This document shows positions 42,054 to 52,350 of a stretch of DNA of 64,000 nucleotides, one piece after another. This DNA is from an uncultured Acidimicrobiia bacterium (GTDB lineage: Bacteria > Actinomycetota > Acidimicrobiia > Acidimicrobiales > Ilumatobacteraceae), in NCBI GenBank assembly GCA_963750905.1, contig CAVVSE010000004.1, positions 1,066-65,065 on the forward strand, written 5' to 3'. A program made the position numbers and the translations under genes. How positions within the stretch are numbered: the stretch's first letter is position 1; every line of letters begins with the position of its first letter. Below the pieces are notes generated by a model. The model worked only from the letters and a program-made list of their open reading frames with translations. It did no database searches and was not told the DNA's origin.

Positions 42054-42630
42054 TCAGGTGTTCTGGCACTCGGCGACGGTCGATCGCGAGGCGCGCTGGT
42101 CCGCCGCCGGCGTCACCGGCGCGACGGTGTGGTTCACCGGCCTGTCGGGGTCCGGGAAGTCGACGATCGCCGATGCCGTCGCCACGGCGCTGCTCGACGC
42201 CGGGCGGGCGGTCTACGTGCTCGACGGCGACAACGTGCGCCACGGCCTCAACGCCGACCTCGGGTTCTCCGCCGCCGACCGCGCCGAGAACGTGCGCCGC
42301 ATCGGCGAGGTCGCCCGCCTGATGGCCGACGCCGGCCTCGTCGCGCTGGTGCCGGTCGTCAGCCCGTACCGCGCCGACCGCGACCGGGTGCGCGAGGCCC
42401 ACGCCGCGGCCGACCTGGCGTTCGTCGAGGTCTTCGTGGACACGCCGCTGGCGACGTGCGAGCAGCGCGACCCCAAGGGGCTCTACGCCAAGGCCCGCGC
42501 CGGCGAGCTCACCGGCATGACCGGCATCGACGATCCCTACGAGGCGCCCACGGCCCCCGAGCTGACGCTCGCCCCGGGCCCGCTCGCCGGCCAGGTCGCC
42601 GCCGTCCTGGCCGCCCTGCCCCGCTCCTGA
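42046..42630 (+). CDS. cysC: Adenylylsulfate (APS) kinase
   Basis: [67 protein letters not shown]...TGIDDPYE. Confidence 0.9.
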   Translation: MTGQVFWHSATVDREARWSAAGVTGATVWFTGLSGSGKSTIADAVATALLDAGRAVYVLDGDNVRHGLNADLGFSAADRAENVRRIGEVARLMADAGLVALVPVVSPYRADRDRVREAHAAADLAFVEVFVDTPLATCEQRDPKGLYAKARAGELTGMTGIDDPYEAPTAPELTLAPGPLAGQVAAVLAALPRS

Positions 42631-42689
42631 CGCGACTTCGGCGGCCCGCGGCCGCCCGAACTCTCGGGAGGACCGTCGGGAGGGGCAGG

Positions 42690-43433
42690 ATGAGCGTCGT
42701 GCACATCCACAGCGAGGTCACGGGGGACGGACCGGCGGTGCTGCTCACGCACGGGTTCGCGGCGTCCTCCCACATGTTCGCATCGACGGTCCCGGCGCTC
42801 GCCGCCGACCACACGGTGATCGTCTGGGACATGCCGGGGCACGGACGCAGCGACGCGCCGGACGACGCGTCGGCGTACTCGACGCCGGCCTTCCTCGACC
42901 ACATGCTCGCGCTCATCGACGGCGTGGGCGCCGAGCAGGCCGTCGTGCTCGGCCACTCGCTCGGTGGCTACCTGTCGCTCGAGCTCGCCCTCGGCCATCC
43001 GGAGCGTGTCCGCGGGATCGTGCTCGTCGACACGGGGCCCGGCTACCGCAACGACGTCGCCCGCGACGGCTGGAACGCGATGGCGACCGACTACGCCGTC
43101 GACCTCGAGACCAAGGGCCTCGACGGGCTGCCGGGCGGAGCCGAGCTGGGCCAGGGCGTGCACTCGACGGCGGTCGGGCTCGCCCACGCCGCCCGCAACG
43201 TGCTCACGCAGCACGACTCGCACGTCATCGACGGGCTGCCGACGATCACCGCGCCGACGCTCGTCGTCGTCGGCGCCGACGACGCCCCGTTCGTCAAGGG
43301 CTCGCACTACATGGCCGGCAAGATCCCGCACGCCGAGCTCGTCGTCATCGACGGCTGCGGCCACGCGCCGCCGGTCACCCATCCCGAACCGCTCAACACC
43401 GCGCTGCGCGCCTACCTGGAGGGGCTGTCATGA
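42690..43433 (+). CDS. alpha/beta-fold hydrolase
   Basis: LLTHGFAASS..F, nucleophile elbow LGHSLGG, GCGHAPPVTHPE. Stop overlaps the next ATG (ATGA). Confidence 0.8.
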   Translation: MSVVHIHSEVTGDGPAVLLTHGFAASSHMFASTVPALAADHTVIVWDMPGHGRSDAPDDASAYSTPAFLDHMLALIDGVGAEQAVVLGHSLGGYLSLELALGHPERVRGIVLVDTGPGYRNDVARDGWNAMATDYAVDLETKGLDGLPGGAELGQGVHSTAVGLAHAARNVLTQHDSHVIDGLPTITAPTLVVVGADDAPFVKGSHYMAGKIPHAELVVIDGCGHAPPVTHPEPLNTALRAYLEGLS

Positions 43434-44662
43434 CCACTGCGGAGGAGGTTCGCCGCGACGTCAAGCAGTGGCTCGCCGACAACTGGGACCCCGGCCTGGC
43501 GCTGCTCGAGTGGCGCAGCAAGCTCGTCGAGTCCGGCTGGGCGACGCCGACGTGGCCGGCCGAGTGGTACGGGCGCGGGCTGCCCGGGTGGGCCGACCCG
43601 ATCGTCCACGAGGAGTTCGCCGCGGCCGGCGCCGTCGGCACGGCCGTCGGCGGCGGCATGGGCCTCGCCGCCCCGACGCTGCTCGCCCACGGCTCCGACG
43701 AGCAGAAGCGGCGGCTGCTGCCGCGCGCGATCACGGGTGAGGACACGTGGTGCCAGCTGTTCAGCGAGCCGACGAACGGCTCCGACCTCGCCGGCCTGGC
43801 GACGCACGCCGAGCAGGACGGCGACGAGTGGGTCGTCAACGGCCAGAAGCTCTGGAGCACGAGCGCCCACCACGCCGACGTCGGGCTGCTGCTCGCCCGC
43901 ACCGATCCGAACGTGCCCAAGCACCAGGGCATCAGCTACTTCGTGCTGCCGATGCACCAGCCCGGCGTCGAGGTGCGCCCGGTGCACCAGATGAACGAGC
44001 ACTCGTCGTTCAACGAGGTGTTCCTGTCCGACGCCCGTGTCCCGGCGACGAACCTCGTCGGCCGGCCCGGCGACGGCTGGCGCATCGCGATGACGACGCT
44101 CGCCTTCGAGCGCCAGTTCGCCACCGTCCGCGCCAAGTCCGGCGCCACACCGGTCGGGCGGGCCGCCGAGGAGGCCGCCGCCGAGGCCGAGGAGTACTAC
44201 AAGACCTACGCCTGGTACCCGCAGCGGGCCGGGCGCGCCGACCTCGTGCAGCAGGTCGCCGAGCTGCAGGGACGCACGGCCGACCCGATCGCCCGCCAGC
44301 AGATGGCCGACCTCGTCGCCCTGCGCCGGGCCCACGAGTGGACGGCGCGCCGCGCCCAGGCCGCGCGCGCCGCCGGGCGGGCGCCGGGTTCGGAGGGCTC
44401 GCTCGGCAAGCTGGCGGCCAGCCGCGTGGCCCAGGCGTCGGCGCGCACCCACTCGCTGCTCGCCGGTGCGGACGGCCAGCTGCGCCACGCCGACTCGCTG
44501 CTCGACGGGATCGTCACCGAGGTCCTGCTGTCCGTGCCGGCGCAGTCGATCGCCGGCGGCACCGACGAGATCCAGCACAACATCATCGGCGAGAAGGTCC
44601 TCGACCTGCCCCGCGAGCCGTCGGTCGACCGGGACATCCCATACCGCGAGATCAAGCGCTGA
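43430..44662 (+). CDS. Acyl-CoA dehydrogenase
   Basis: [53 protein letters not shown]-terminal IAGGTDEIQHNIIGEKVLDLPREP. Confidence 0.85.
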   Translation: MTTAEEVRRDVKQWLADNWDPGLALLEWRSKLVESGWATPTWPAEWYGRGLPGWADPIVHEEFAAAGAVGTAVGGGMGLAAPTLLAHGSDEQKRRLLPRAITGEDTWCQLFSEPTNGSDLAGLATHAEQDGDEWVVNGQKLWSTSAHHADVGLLLARTDPNVPKHQGISYFVLPMHQPGVEVRPVHQMNEHSSFNEVFLSDARVPATNLVGRPGDGWRIAMTTLAFERQFATVRAKSGATPVGRAAEEAAAEAEEYYKTYAWYPQRAGRADLVQQVAELQGRTADPIARQQMADLVALRRAHEWTARRAQAARAAGRAPGSEGSLGKLAASRVAQASARTHSLLAGADGQLRHADSLLDGIVTEVLLSVPAQSIAGGTDEIQHNIIGEKVLDLPREPSVDRDIPYREIKR

Positions 44663-44684
44663 CGAGATCGGGCATGCTCGCGGG

Positions 44685-45536
44685 GTGACGGAGCCGCGCG
44701 CCGAGACCGCCCTGCGGCGGCCGCACGAGCTGCTGGCGCCGTACGTGTCGGGCTACACCGGCTACCACCTCACCGGGTTCGCGCCCGGCGAGCACATGGG
44801 CCTGCCGTCGCGGCACCTGACGTTCATCGTCCAGTTCGACGCGCCGTTGGAGCTCGTGATGGACCCCGTCGGCGGTGCGGTGCAGCACCTCGACGCGCTG
44901 CTGAGCGGCTTCCACACGCGACCGGCGGTGATCCGTCACGACGGCAACCAGCACGGCGTCCAGCTGCACCTGACGCCGGCCGGGGCCCGGGCGCTGTTCG
45001 GCTTCCCGGCCGGGGAGGTCGCCGCCGACGCCGTCCCGCTCGACGCGGCGTGGGGCGCGACCGGGCGCGAGCTCGTCGAGCGGCTCGCCACCGCGACGAC
45101 GTGGCCGGAGCGGTTCGCCGTGCTCGATCGGGTGCTGCTGCGCGCCGCGGCCGGCCGCGCCGAGGTGCCGTCGGCGGTGCGGCCGGAGACGACGGAGGCG
45201 TGGCGGCAGCTCGTCACGACGGACGGGCGCATCGACGTGCGCGCCCTCGCCGGCGAGGTCGGGTGGAGCCGCCGCCACCTCACCGACCAGTTCACGGCCG
45301 AGTTCGGCTTCGGTCCCAAGGAGATGGCGCGGGTGCTGCGCTTCGAGCGCTCGAAGCAGCTGTTCATCCGTCCCGACCACGCGACGCTGGCGACGATCGC
45401 CGCCGAGTGCGGCTACGCCGACCAGGCGCACATGGCGCGGGAGTGGCGGACCCTCGCCGGGGCCAGCCCGACGCAGTGGCTCGCCGCCGAGCAGCTCCCG
45501 GTCACCCACGCCGACGAGATCCACCCCGCGGCCTGA
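44685..45536 (+). CDS. AraC-family transcriptional regulator
   Basis: GTG 44685. C-terminal HTH: VGWSRRHLTDQFTAEFGFGPKEMARVLRFERS ... IAAECGYADQAHMAREWRTLAG.SP. Confidence 0.8.
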   Translation: MTEPRAETALRRPHELLAPYVSGYTGYHLTGFAPGEHMGLPSRHLTFIVQFDAPLELVMDPVGGAVQHLDALLSGFHTRPAVIRHDGNQHGVQLHLTPAGARALFGFPAGEVAADAVPLDAAWGATGRELVERLATATTWPERFAVLDRVLLRAAAGRAEVPSAVRPETTEAWRQLVTTDGRIDVRALAGEVGWSRRHLTDQFTAEFGFGPKEMARVLRFERSKQLFIRPDHATLATIAAECGYADQAHMAREWRTLAGASPTQWLAAEQLPVTHADEIHPAA

Positions 45537-45563
45537 CCCCGCCGCCGCCCACGGTGGCCGAAA

Positions 45564-45618
45564 CGCCAACTTTCAGACGTCACGGCCAGGATCTGGCCGC
45601 CTCGTCTGAAAGTTGGCG
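45564..45618. terminator. 16-bp perfect inverted repeat between convergent genes
   Basis: CGCCAACTTTCAGACG-(23 nt)-CGTCTGAAAGTTGGCG. The spacer contains its own small stem, GGCCA..TGGCC. Confidence 0.5.
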
Positions 45619-45650
45619 GATCTGGCGGATCTGGCGGATCTGGCGGATCC
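45615..45650. repeat. 9-bp tandem repeat (GGCGGATCT) x4
   Basis: GGCGGATCT GGCGGATCT GGCGGATCT GGCGGATCC, read directly. A fifth GGATCTGGC lies in the hairpin spacer. Intergenic. Confidence 0.85.
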
Positions 45651-45673
45651 AGCGTCGGGTCGGCGGGTCGTTC

Positions 45674-46843
45674 TCAGGTCGCCGGTTCGAGGAGGCGGCG
45701 CATGTTGCCGCTGAGGAACTTCTCCATCACGGCGTCGCTGCACCCGTCGAGGCTGCTCGTGAACCGCCCCAGCGGATCGCGGCCGCCCTCGATGTGCGGG
45801 TAGTCGCTGGAGAACAGGTAGAGGTCGGGGTTCGAGTCGCGCACCATCGCCCCGACGTCCTCGAACGGGTACGGCGTGAACCCGGCCTGCGCGGTCAGCT
45901 GCTCCGACGGCGTGCGGGTGAGCGCCTTCAGGTCCGGCTCCGAGCGGCTCCAGATCGACGCCACCTGGTCGAGGCGCCGGATCATCGCCGGCACCCACCC
46001 GGCGCCGAGCTCGATGACGCCGAGGCGCAGGTCGCGGTGGCGCTCCAGGACGCCGTCGAGCACCAGCGTGCCGACGAACAGCTCGGCGGCGTGGTGGAGC
46101 CCGATCATGTCCTTGCCGCGCACGTTCTCACCGCCGCCGAGCCAGTCGCCAGGGACCGGCCGGCCGGTGTTCATGAACGCCTTGTCGAGCTGCAGCGGGT
46201 GCCCGCCGACGTGCAGCAGGACCGGCAGCCCGGCCTCGGCGACCTTGGCCCAGAAGCGGTCGAGGTCGTCGTGGCCGGGCGAGCGGCCGCCGGGGGCGCG
46301 GTGCGGGATCCAGATCGCGCCGAGCCCGAGCTCGATGATGTGGTCGACCTCGGCCAGCGCCGCGTCGATGTCGTCGATGGCGGTGGCGGCGACGCCGACG
46401 AGGCGGGGGTCGTCGGCGCAGAACTCGGCCATCGCCCGGTTGTGGGCGCGGGCAGCCCCGGCGGCGACGTCGGGCGCCAGCCGGACGTCGAACACCACGC
46501 CCGGGCTGAACGTCGCGAACACGAACTGGCGCTCGAACCCGAGCAGGTCGAGGGCCTTCGTGCGCTCCGTCGGGTCGAACGCGCCGATGGCCTCGTAGCC
46601 CTTGCCGCCGGTGAGGAGGCGGTCACCGAGCGCCAGCTGCGCCTCGACGACGTCGGTCGTGTGCCGGCGCTGGGCGCTGTAGGTGGCCAGCCGCGTGCCG
46701 AGCTTGCCGCCGGAGTCGAAGCTGACCGGCGGCAGCACGTCGCGCAGACCCGGATCGGCGTGGGCGGACAGGAAGTCCGGCAGCTCCATCACGTGGCTGT
46801 CGGCATCCAGCATGACTCGGTCCCCGGCGTACGTCATGTCCAC
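45674..46843 (-). CDS. Amidohydrolase-family (PF04909-like) metal-dependent hydrolase
   Basis: MLDADSHVMELP, GAIWIPH, LPVLLHVG, IELGAGWVP, LFSSDYPHIEG. Confidence 0.85.
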   Translation of the reverse strand: MDMTYAGDRVMLDADSHVMELPDFLSAHADPGLRDVLPPVSFDSGGKLGTRLATYSAQRRHTTDVVEAQLALGDRLLTGGKGYEAIGAFDPTERTKALDLLGFERQFVFATFSPGVVFDVRLAPDVAAGAARAHNRAMAEFCADDPRLVGVAATAIDDIDAALAEVDHIIELGLGAIWIPHRAPGGRSPGHDDLDRFWAKVAEAGLPVLLHVGGHPLQLDKAFMNTGRPVPGDWLGGGENVRGKDMIGLHHAAELFVGTLVLDGVLERHRDLRLGVIELGAGWVPAMIRRLDQVASIWSRSEPDLKALTRTPSEQLTAQAGFTPYPFEDVGAMVRDSNPDLYLFSSDYPHIEGGRDPLGRFTSSLDGCSDAVMEKFLSGNMRRLLEPAT

Positions 46844-46883
46844 AGGTTCGTCCGTGCGCCGGGCGGGCGACGAGACGAGCGCG

Positions 46884-47621
46884 TCAGCCGAGGGGCTCCT
46901 CGGGCAGCGGGTCGAGGTCGGGCTCGCGGTCGAGGTCGCCGGGGAGGTGTGACGTGTCGTTGAAGCGGCGCAGGATCCAGCGGTCGCCGAACACGACGAC
47001 GTGGGAGATCGACGCGTTCGACACGCCGAGGAAGGCGAAGGGCCGGGCCGACTCCGTGACCTGGGCGAGGATCTCGCCGATGATCCCGCCGTGGCTGAAG
47101 ACGGCGACGCACCGCCCGGCGTTGGTGGCGACGATGCGGTCGAGCGCGCCGCGCACCCTGGCGCGGATCGAGGCCGCCGACTCGGCGCCGGGGATGGCGT
47201 CCCAGCGCTGCTCGCTGAGCACCTTGAGGGCGAGCGGGTGGCCCTCGGCCATGTGCTTGCGGTACAGCTCGCCCTCCCACTCGCCGAGGTGCACCTCGCG
47301 CAGGTCGGGCTCGACGATCGGCTCGAGGCCCAGCGTGGCGGCCAGCGGTGCGGCGGTCTGGACCGTGCGCCGCAGCGTCGAGACGTAGATGGCGTCGATC
47401 GGGTGGCGGGCCAGGCGGGCGCCGACGAGGTCGGCCTGGCGGCGGCCGTCGGGCGCCAGCTCGGGATCGCCGTGCCCGTCCACGAGCGGGAACGGCCGCC
47501 CGGGCACCATCGGCTCGGACTCCCCGTGGCGCACGAGGAGCAACTCGGTCGACCCCGGTGGGCGCCGGAAGCGCATCTGGCGGTACTCCTGCTCGTCGGG
47601 CGGGGCCGGCGCGTCTGCCAT
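46884..47621 (-). CDS. Histidine phosphatase family protein (phosphoglycerate-mutase-like)
   Basis: LLLVRHGES, STLRRTVQTA, HLGEWEG, VFSHGGIIG. Confidence 0.85.
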   Translation of the reverse strand: MADAPAPPDEQEYRQMRFRRPPGSTELLLVRHGESEPMVPGRPFPLVDGHGDPELAPDGRRQADLVGARLARHPIDAIYVSTLRRTVQTAAPLAATLGLEPIVEPDLREVHLGEWEGELYRKHMAEGHPLALKVLSEQRWDAIPGAESAASIRARVRGALDRIVATNAGRCVAVFSHGGIIGEILAQVTESARPFAFLGVSNASISHVVVFGDRWILRRFNDTSHLPGDLDREPDLDPLPEEPLG

Positions 47622-47648
47622 GGCGGGCGAACCTAGCCAGCAGCTCGT

Positions 47649-47693
47649 CCTGTCCGTCGGTTGCGGCCCGATCGGGCCCGATCAGGCGGACAG
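47649..47693. repeat. Palindromic intergenic repeat, family 1, copy R3
   Basis: CCTGTCCGTCGGTTGCGGCCCGATCGGGCCCGATCAGGCGGACAG. Confidence 0.6.
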
Positions 47694-47726
47694 ATCGGCG
47701 TGCCGCACCGCCCCTACGCTGGGACC

Positions 47727-48148
47727 ATGTCCGACCACGGCCCCGCCGACCTGTTGGAGGCGGCCCGTGCCGTGCAGGTCCACGCCCACGTCCCGTACTC
47801 GCACTTCCGGGTCGGGGCCGCGGTGCGCTCGGCGTCGGGCCGCATCCACGTCGGCTGCAACGTCGAGAACGCGTCGTACCCCGAGGGCATCTGCGCCGAG
47901 GCGGCGGCGATCGGGGCGATGGTCGCGGCCGGCGAGCACGAGATCGCCGAGGTGCTGACGATCGCCGACGGGGAGCGCCTGACGACCTGCTGCGGCGGCT
48001 GCCGGCAGCGGATCCGCGAGCTCGCCCGCGGCGACGTGCTCGTCCACGCCGCGGGCCCGGACGGGGATCCGCCGCACGTTCACCGTCGACGAGCTGCTGC
48101 CGGCGTCGTTCACCCCCGACCACCTGCTCGGACGAGACACGATCCTGA
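47727..48148 (+). CDS. cdd: Cytidine deaminase; needs at least 2 frame corrections near the 3' end, so the end is uncertain
   Basis: [48 protein letters not shown]. After a slip near 48078 comes [16 protein letters not shown]. That frame runs into dnaK without a stop, so a second slip before TGA 48146-48148 is required. Confidence 0.7.
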
Positions 48149-48164
48149 GTCATCACGACTCAAG
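48144..48164. promoter_or_regulatory. HspR operator (HAIR) upstream of dnaK
   Basis: CCTGAGT-CATCACG-ACTCAAG versus the known HAIR consensus CTTGAGT-N7-ACTCAAG. Lies 95 nt upstream of the dnaK ATG, and hspR is the last gene of the operon. Confidence 0.7.
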
Positions 48165-48258
48165 TTTGTTGGGTCGCGGGGTTGCCACGCACGGCGGCTG
48201 TCTCCTAGCCTGGGCGCCGACACGACGAGTTCGCAACCCAGCCAGGAGAACCAGTCTC

Positions 48259-50114
<1,856 letters not shown>

Positions 50115-50118
<4 letters not shown>

Positions 50119-50667
50119 GCTCCGTCCCCGAGGATCACCCGATCTCGGAGGACGGCCTCGACCAGGAAGCCGCCCCGGAGGAGGTCGCCGCTGACGCGGC
50201 GCCCTCCCCCGAGGAGGAGACCGAGGACGAGCTCGCCTCGGAGATCTCGGCCGAGATCGCCGAGCTGGCCGCCCAGCGCGACCAGTACAAGGACATCGCC
50301 CAACGGGTCCAGGCCGACTTCGAGAACTACCGCAAGCGCGTCCAGCAGCAGGTCCGCGACGAGGCCGACCGGGCGTCGTCGAAGCTCGCCGGTCGCGCTG
50401 CTGCCCGTGCTCGACGCGGCCGAGGCCGCGTACCTGGGCCACCCCGACGAGGTCGGGCCGCTGCTCAACGTGATGCTCAGCGAGCTGCGCAAGCAGGGCC
50501 TCGAGACGCTGCACCTGCAGGACCAGCCGTTCGACCCGAACGTCGCCGAAGCCGTGGCCCACGAGCCGGGCGACGGGGGCGAGGTGGTCGTCGCGGAGGT
50601 CCTCCGGAGCGGCTACACCTGGAACGGACGCACGCTGCGGCCGGCGATGGTCCGCACACGCGACTGA
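50115..50667 (+). CDS. grpE: Nucleotide exchange factor GrpE; apparent +1 frameshift near 50391
   Basis: GTGA overlap with the dnaK stop. [22 protein letters not shown], then the +1 frame continues [13 protein letters not shown]...[13 protein letters not shown]...[22 protein letters not shown]. Confidence 0.85.
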
Positions 50668-50688
50668 GAGCCGAGGAGGGAGGCAGCG

Positions 50689-51825
50689 ATGGCCGCGCAA
50701 CGCGAGTGGTTCGAGAAGGACTACTACAAGGAGCTCGGGGTCGCCGACACGGCGACGCCCAAGGAGATCACCAAGGCGTACCGCAAGCTCGCGCGCGAGC
50801 TGCATCCCGACAAGAACCCCGGCAACACCGCGGCCGAGGAGCGCTTCAAGGCCGTGTCGGCGGCCTACGACGTCCTCGGTGACGAGACCAAGCGCGCCGA
50901 GTACGACGAGGTCCGTCGTCTCGGCCCGATGGGCGGCGGCCCGGGTGGGCCCGGTGGCTTCACGTTCAACATGGACGACGCCAACGCGTCCGGGCTCGGC
51001 GACCTCCTCGGCCAGATGTTCGGCCGGCGCGGCGCCGGTGGGCGGGGCGGCCCGGCGGCCAGTGGCGTCGGCCCGCGCCGGGGCGCCGACGTGCAGGCCG
51101 AGCTGACGGTCGACTTCGTCGACGCGGCGCGCGGCATGACCACGACGCTGCACCTCACGAGCGACGCCCAGTGCTCGACGTGCCACGGCTCGGGAGCCCG
51201 GCCCGGCACGACCCCCAAGCTCTGCCCGCAGTGCGGCGGCCGCGGCGTCATCGACGACAACCAGGGCCTGTTCTCGTTCTCCTCGCCGTGCCGGCGCTGC
51301 GCCGGCGCGGGCACCGTCATCGAGGACCCTTGCCCGACGTGTCGCGGCAGCGGTGTCGAGAAGCGCCCCCGCGAGGTGCAGGCGCGCATCCCCGCCGGCG
51401 TGTCCAACGGCCAGACCATCCGCCTCAAGGGACGCGGTGCACCGGGCCGCAACGGCGGACCGGCCGGCGACCTGCTCGTGCTCATCAAGGTTGCGCCGCA
51501 CCCCCGGTTCGGTCGGACCGGCAACGACCTCACCGTGCGGGTGCCGGTCAGCTTCCCGGACGCCGTGCTCGGCGCGGACGTCCCGGTGCCGACGCTGGAC
51601 GGCCAGAACGTCACGCTGCGCATCAAGCCCGGCACCCAGCCGGGCAGCCGCCACCGCGTCCGGGGCAAGGGCATCGAGTCCAAGCGTGGCAACGGCGACC
51701 TCATCGTCACCGTCGACGTCGTCGTGCCGACCTCGTTGACGGACGCCGAGCGGACTGCGGTCGAGCAGCTCGCGGCGGCCAGCGCAGGTGAGACCGTCGC
51801 AGCCGGGAGGGAGCCGTCGTCATGA
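50689..51825 (+). CDS. dnaJ: Co-chaperone DnaJ
   Basis: J domain DYYKELGV...EITKAYRKLARELHPDKNPG. Four CxxCxGxG zinc-finger repeats. C-terminal substrate-binding domains. Confidence 0.95.
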   Translation: MAAQREWFEKDYYKELGVADTATPKEITKAYRKLARELHPDKNPGNTAAEERFKAVSAAYDVLGDETKRAEYDEVRRLGPMGGGPGGPGGFTFNMDDANASGLGDLLGQMFGRRGAGGRGGPAASGVGPRRGADVQAELTVDFVDAARGMTTTLHLTSDAQCSTCHGSGARPGTTPKLCPQCGGRGVIDDNQGLFSFSSPCRRCAGAGTVIEDPCPTCRGSGVEKRPREVQARIPAGVSNGQTIRLKGRGAPGRNGGPAGDLLVLIKVAPHPRFGRTGNDLTVRVPVSFPDAVLGADVPVPTLDGQNVTLRIKPGTQPGSRHRVRGKGIESKRGNGDLIVTVDVVVPTSLTDAERTAVEQLAAASAGETVAAGREPSS

Positions 51826-52217
51826 TCCGTCGTCGCACCCAGGCCGTCTACGTCATCTCGGTCGCCGCCGAGCTCGCCGGCATGCACCCGCAGACCCTGC
51901 GCATCTACGAGCGCCGCGGGCTCGTCCAGCCGGCGCGCACCGAGGGCGGCAACCGCCGCTACAGCGACGCCGACATCGAGGTCCTGCGCCGCATCTCGGA
52001 GCTCGCCGAGTCGGGCATGAACCTCGAGGGCATCCGCCGGGTGATGGAGCTGGAGGCCGAGAACGAGCGCCTCAGGGCGGAGCTCGCCGCGGCGCAGCGA
52101 CACGCCGACCAGGCGGCGGCCAAGGCCCGCGAGTCGGCGCAGCTGGTGCCGCTCAAGCAAGCCCTCGCCGTCTTCGGCGAGACCCCGTCGTTCCTGCGCG
52201 AGCGCGACCAGCGCTAG
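51822..52217 (+). CDS. hspR: Heat-shock regulator HspR (MerR family)
   Basis: ATGA overlap with dnaJ. YVISVAAELAGMHPQTLRIYERRGLVQPARTEGGNRRYSDADIEVLRRI. Confidence 0.9.
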   Translation: MIRRRTQAVYVISVAAELAGMHPQTLRIYERRGLVQPARTEGGNRRYSDADIEVLRRISELAESGMNLEGIRRVMELEAENERLRAELAAAQRHADQAAAKARESAQLVPLKQALAVFGETPSFLRERDQR

Positions 52218-52350
52218 CCGCCGGCACGTCGCGAGCGCCGGGCGCCGCTCGGCCGCCCGTCACCTGGCGCCTTTGCGCGGGGCCCCGGAACGGGGGTACA
52301 GTGCGGCCCCAACGGTTCGGGCGGATCGTTGCGGGCGAAGGGGACGGGCG

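Noticed and set aside
45615-45650. Possible CRISPR array or other spaced-repeat array.
   Set aside because: The only tandem array is 4 contiguous 9-mers with no spacers. No 25-40-nt repeats with unique spacers occur anywhere in the window, and no cas genes are present.
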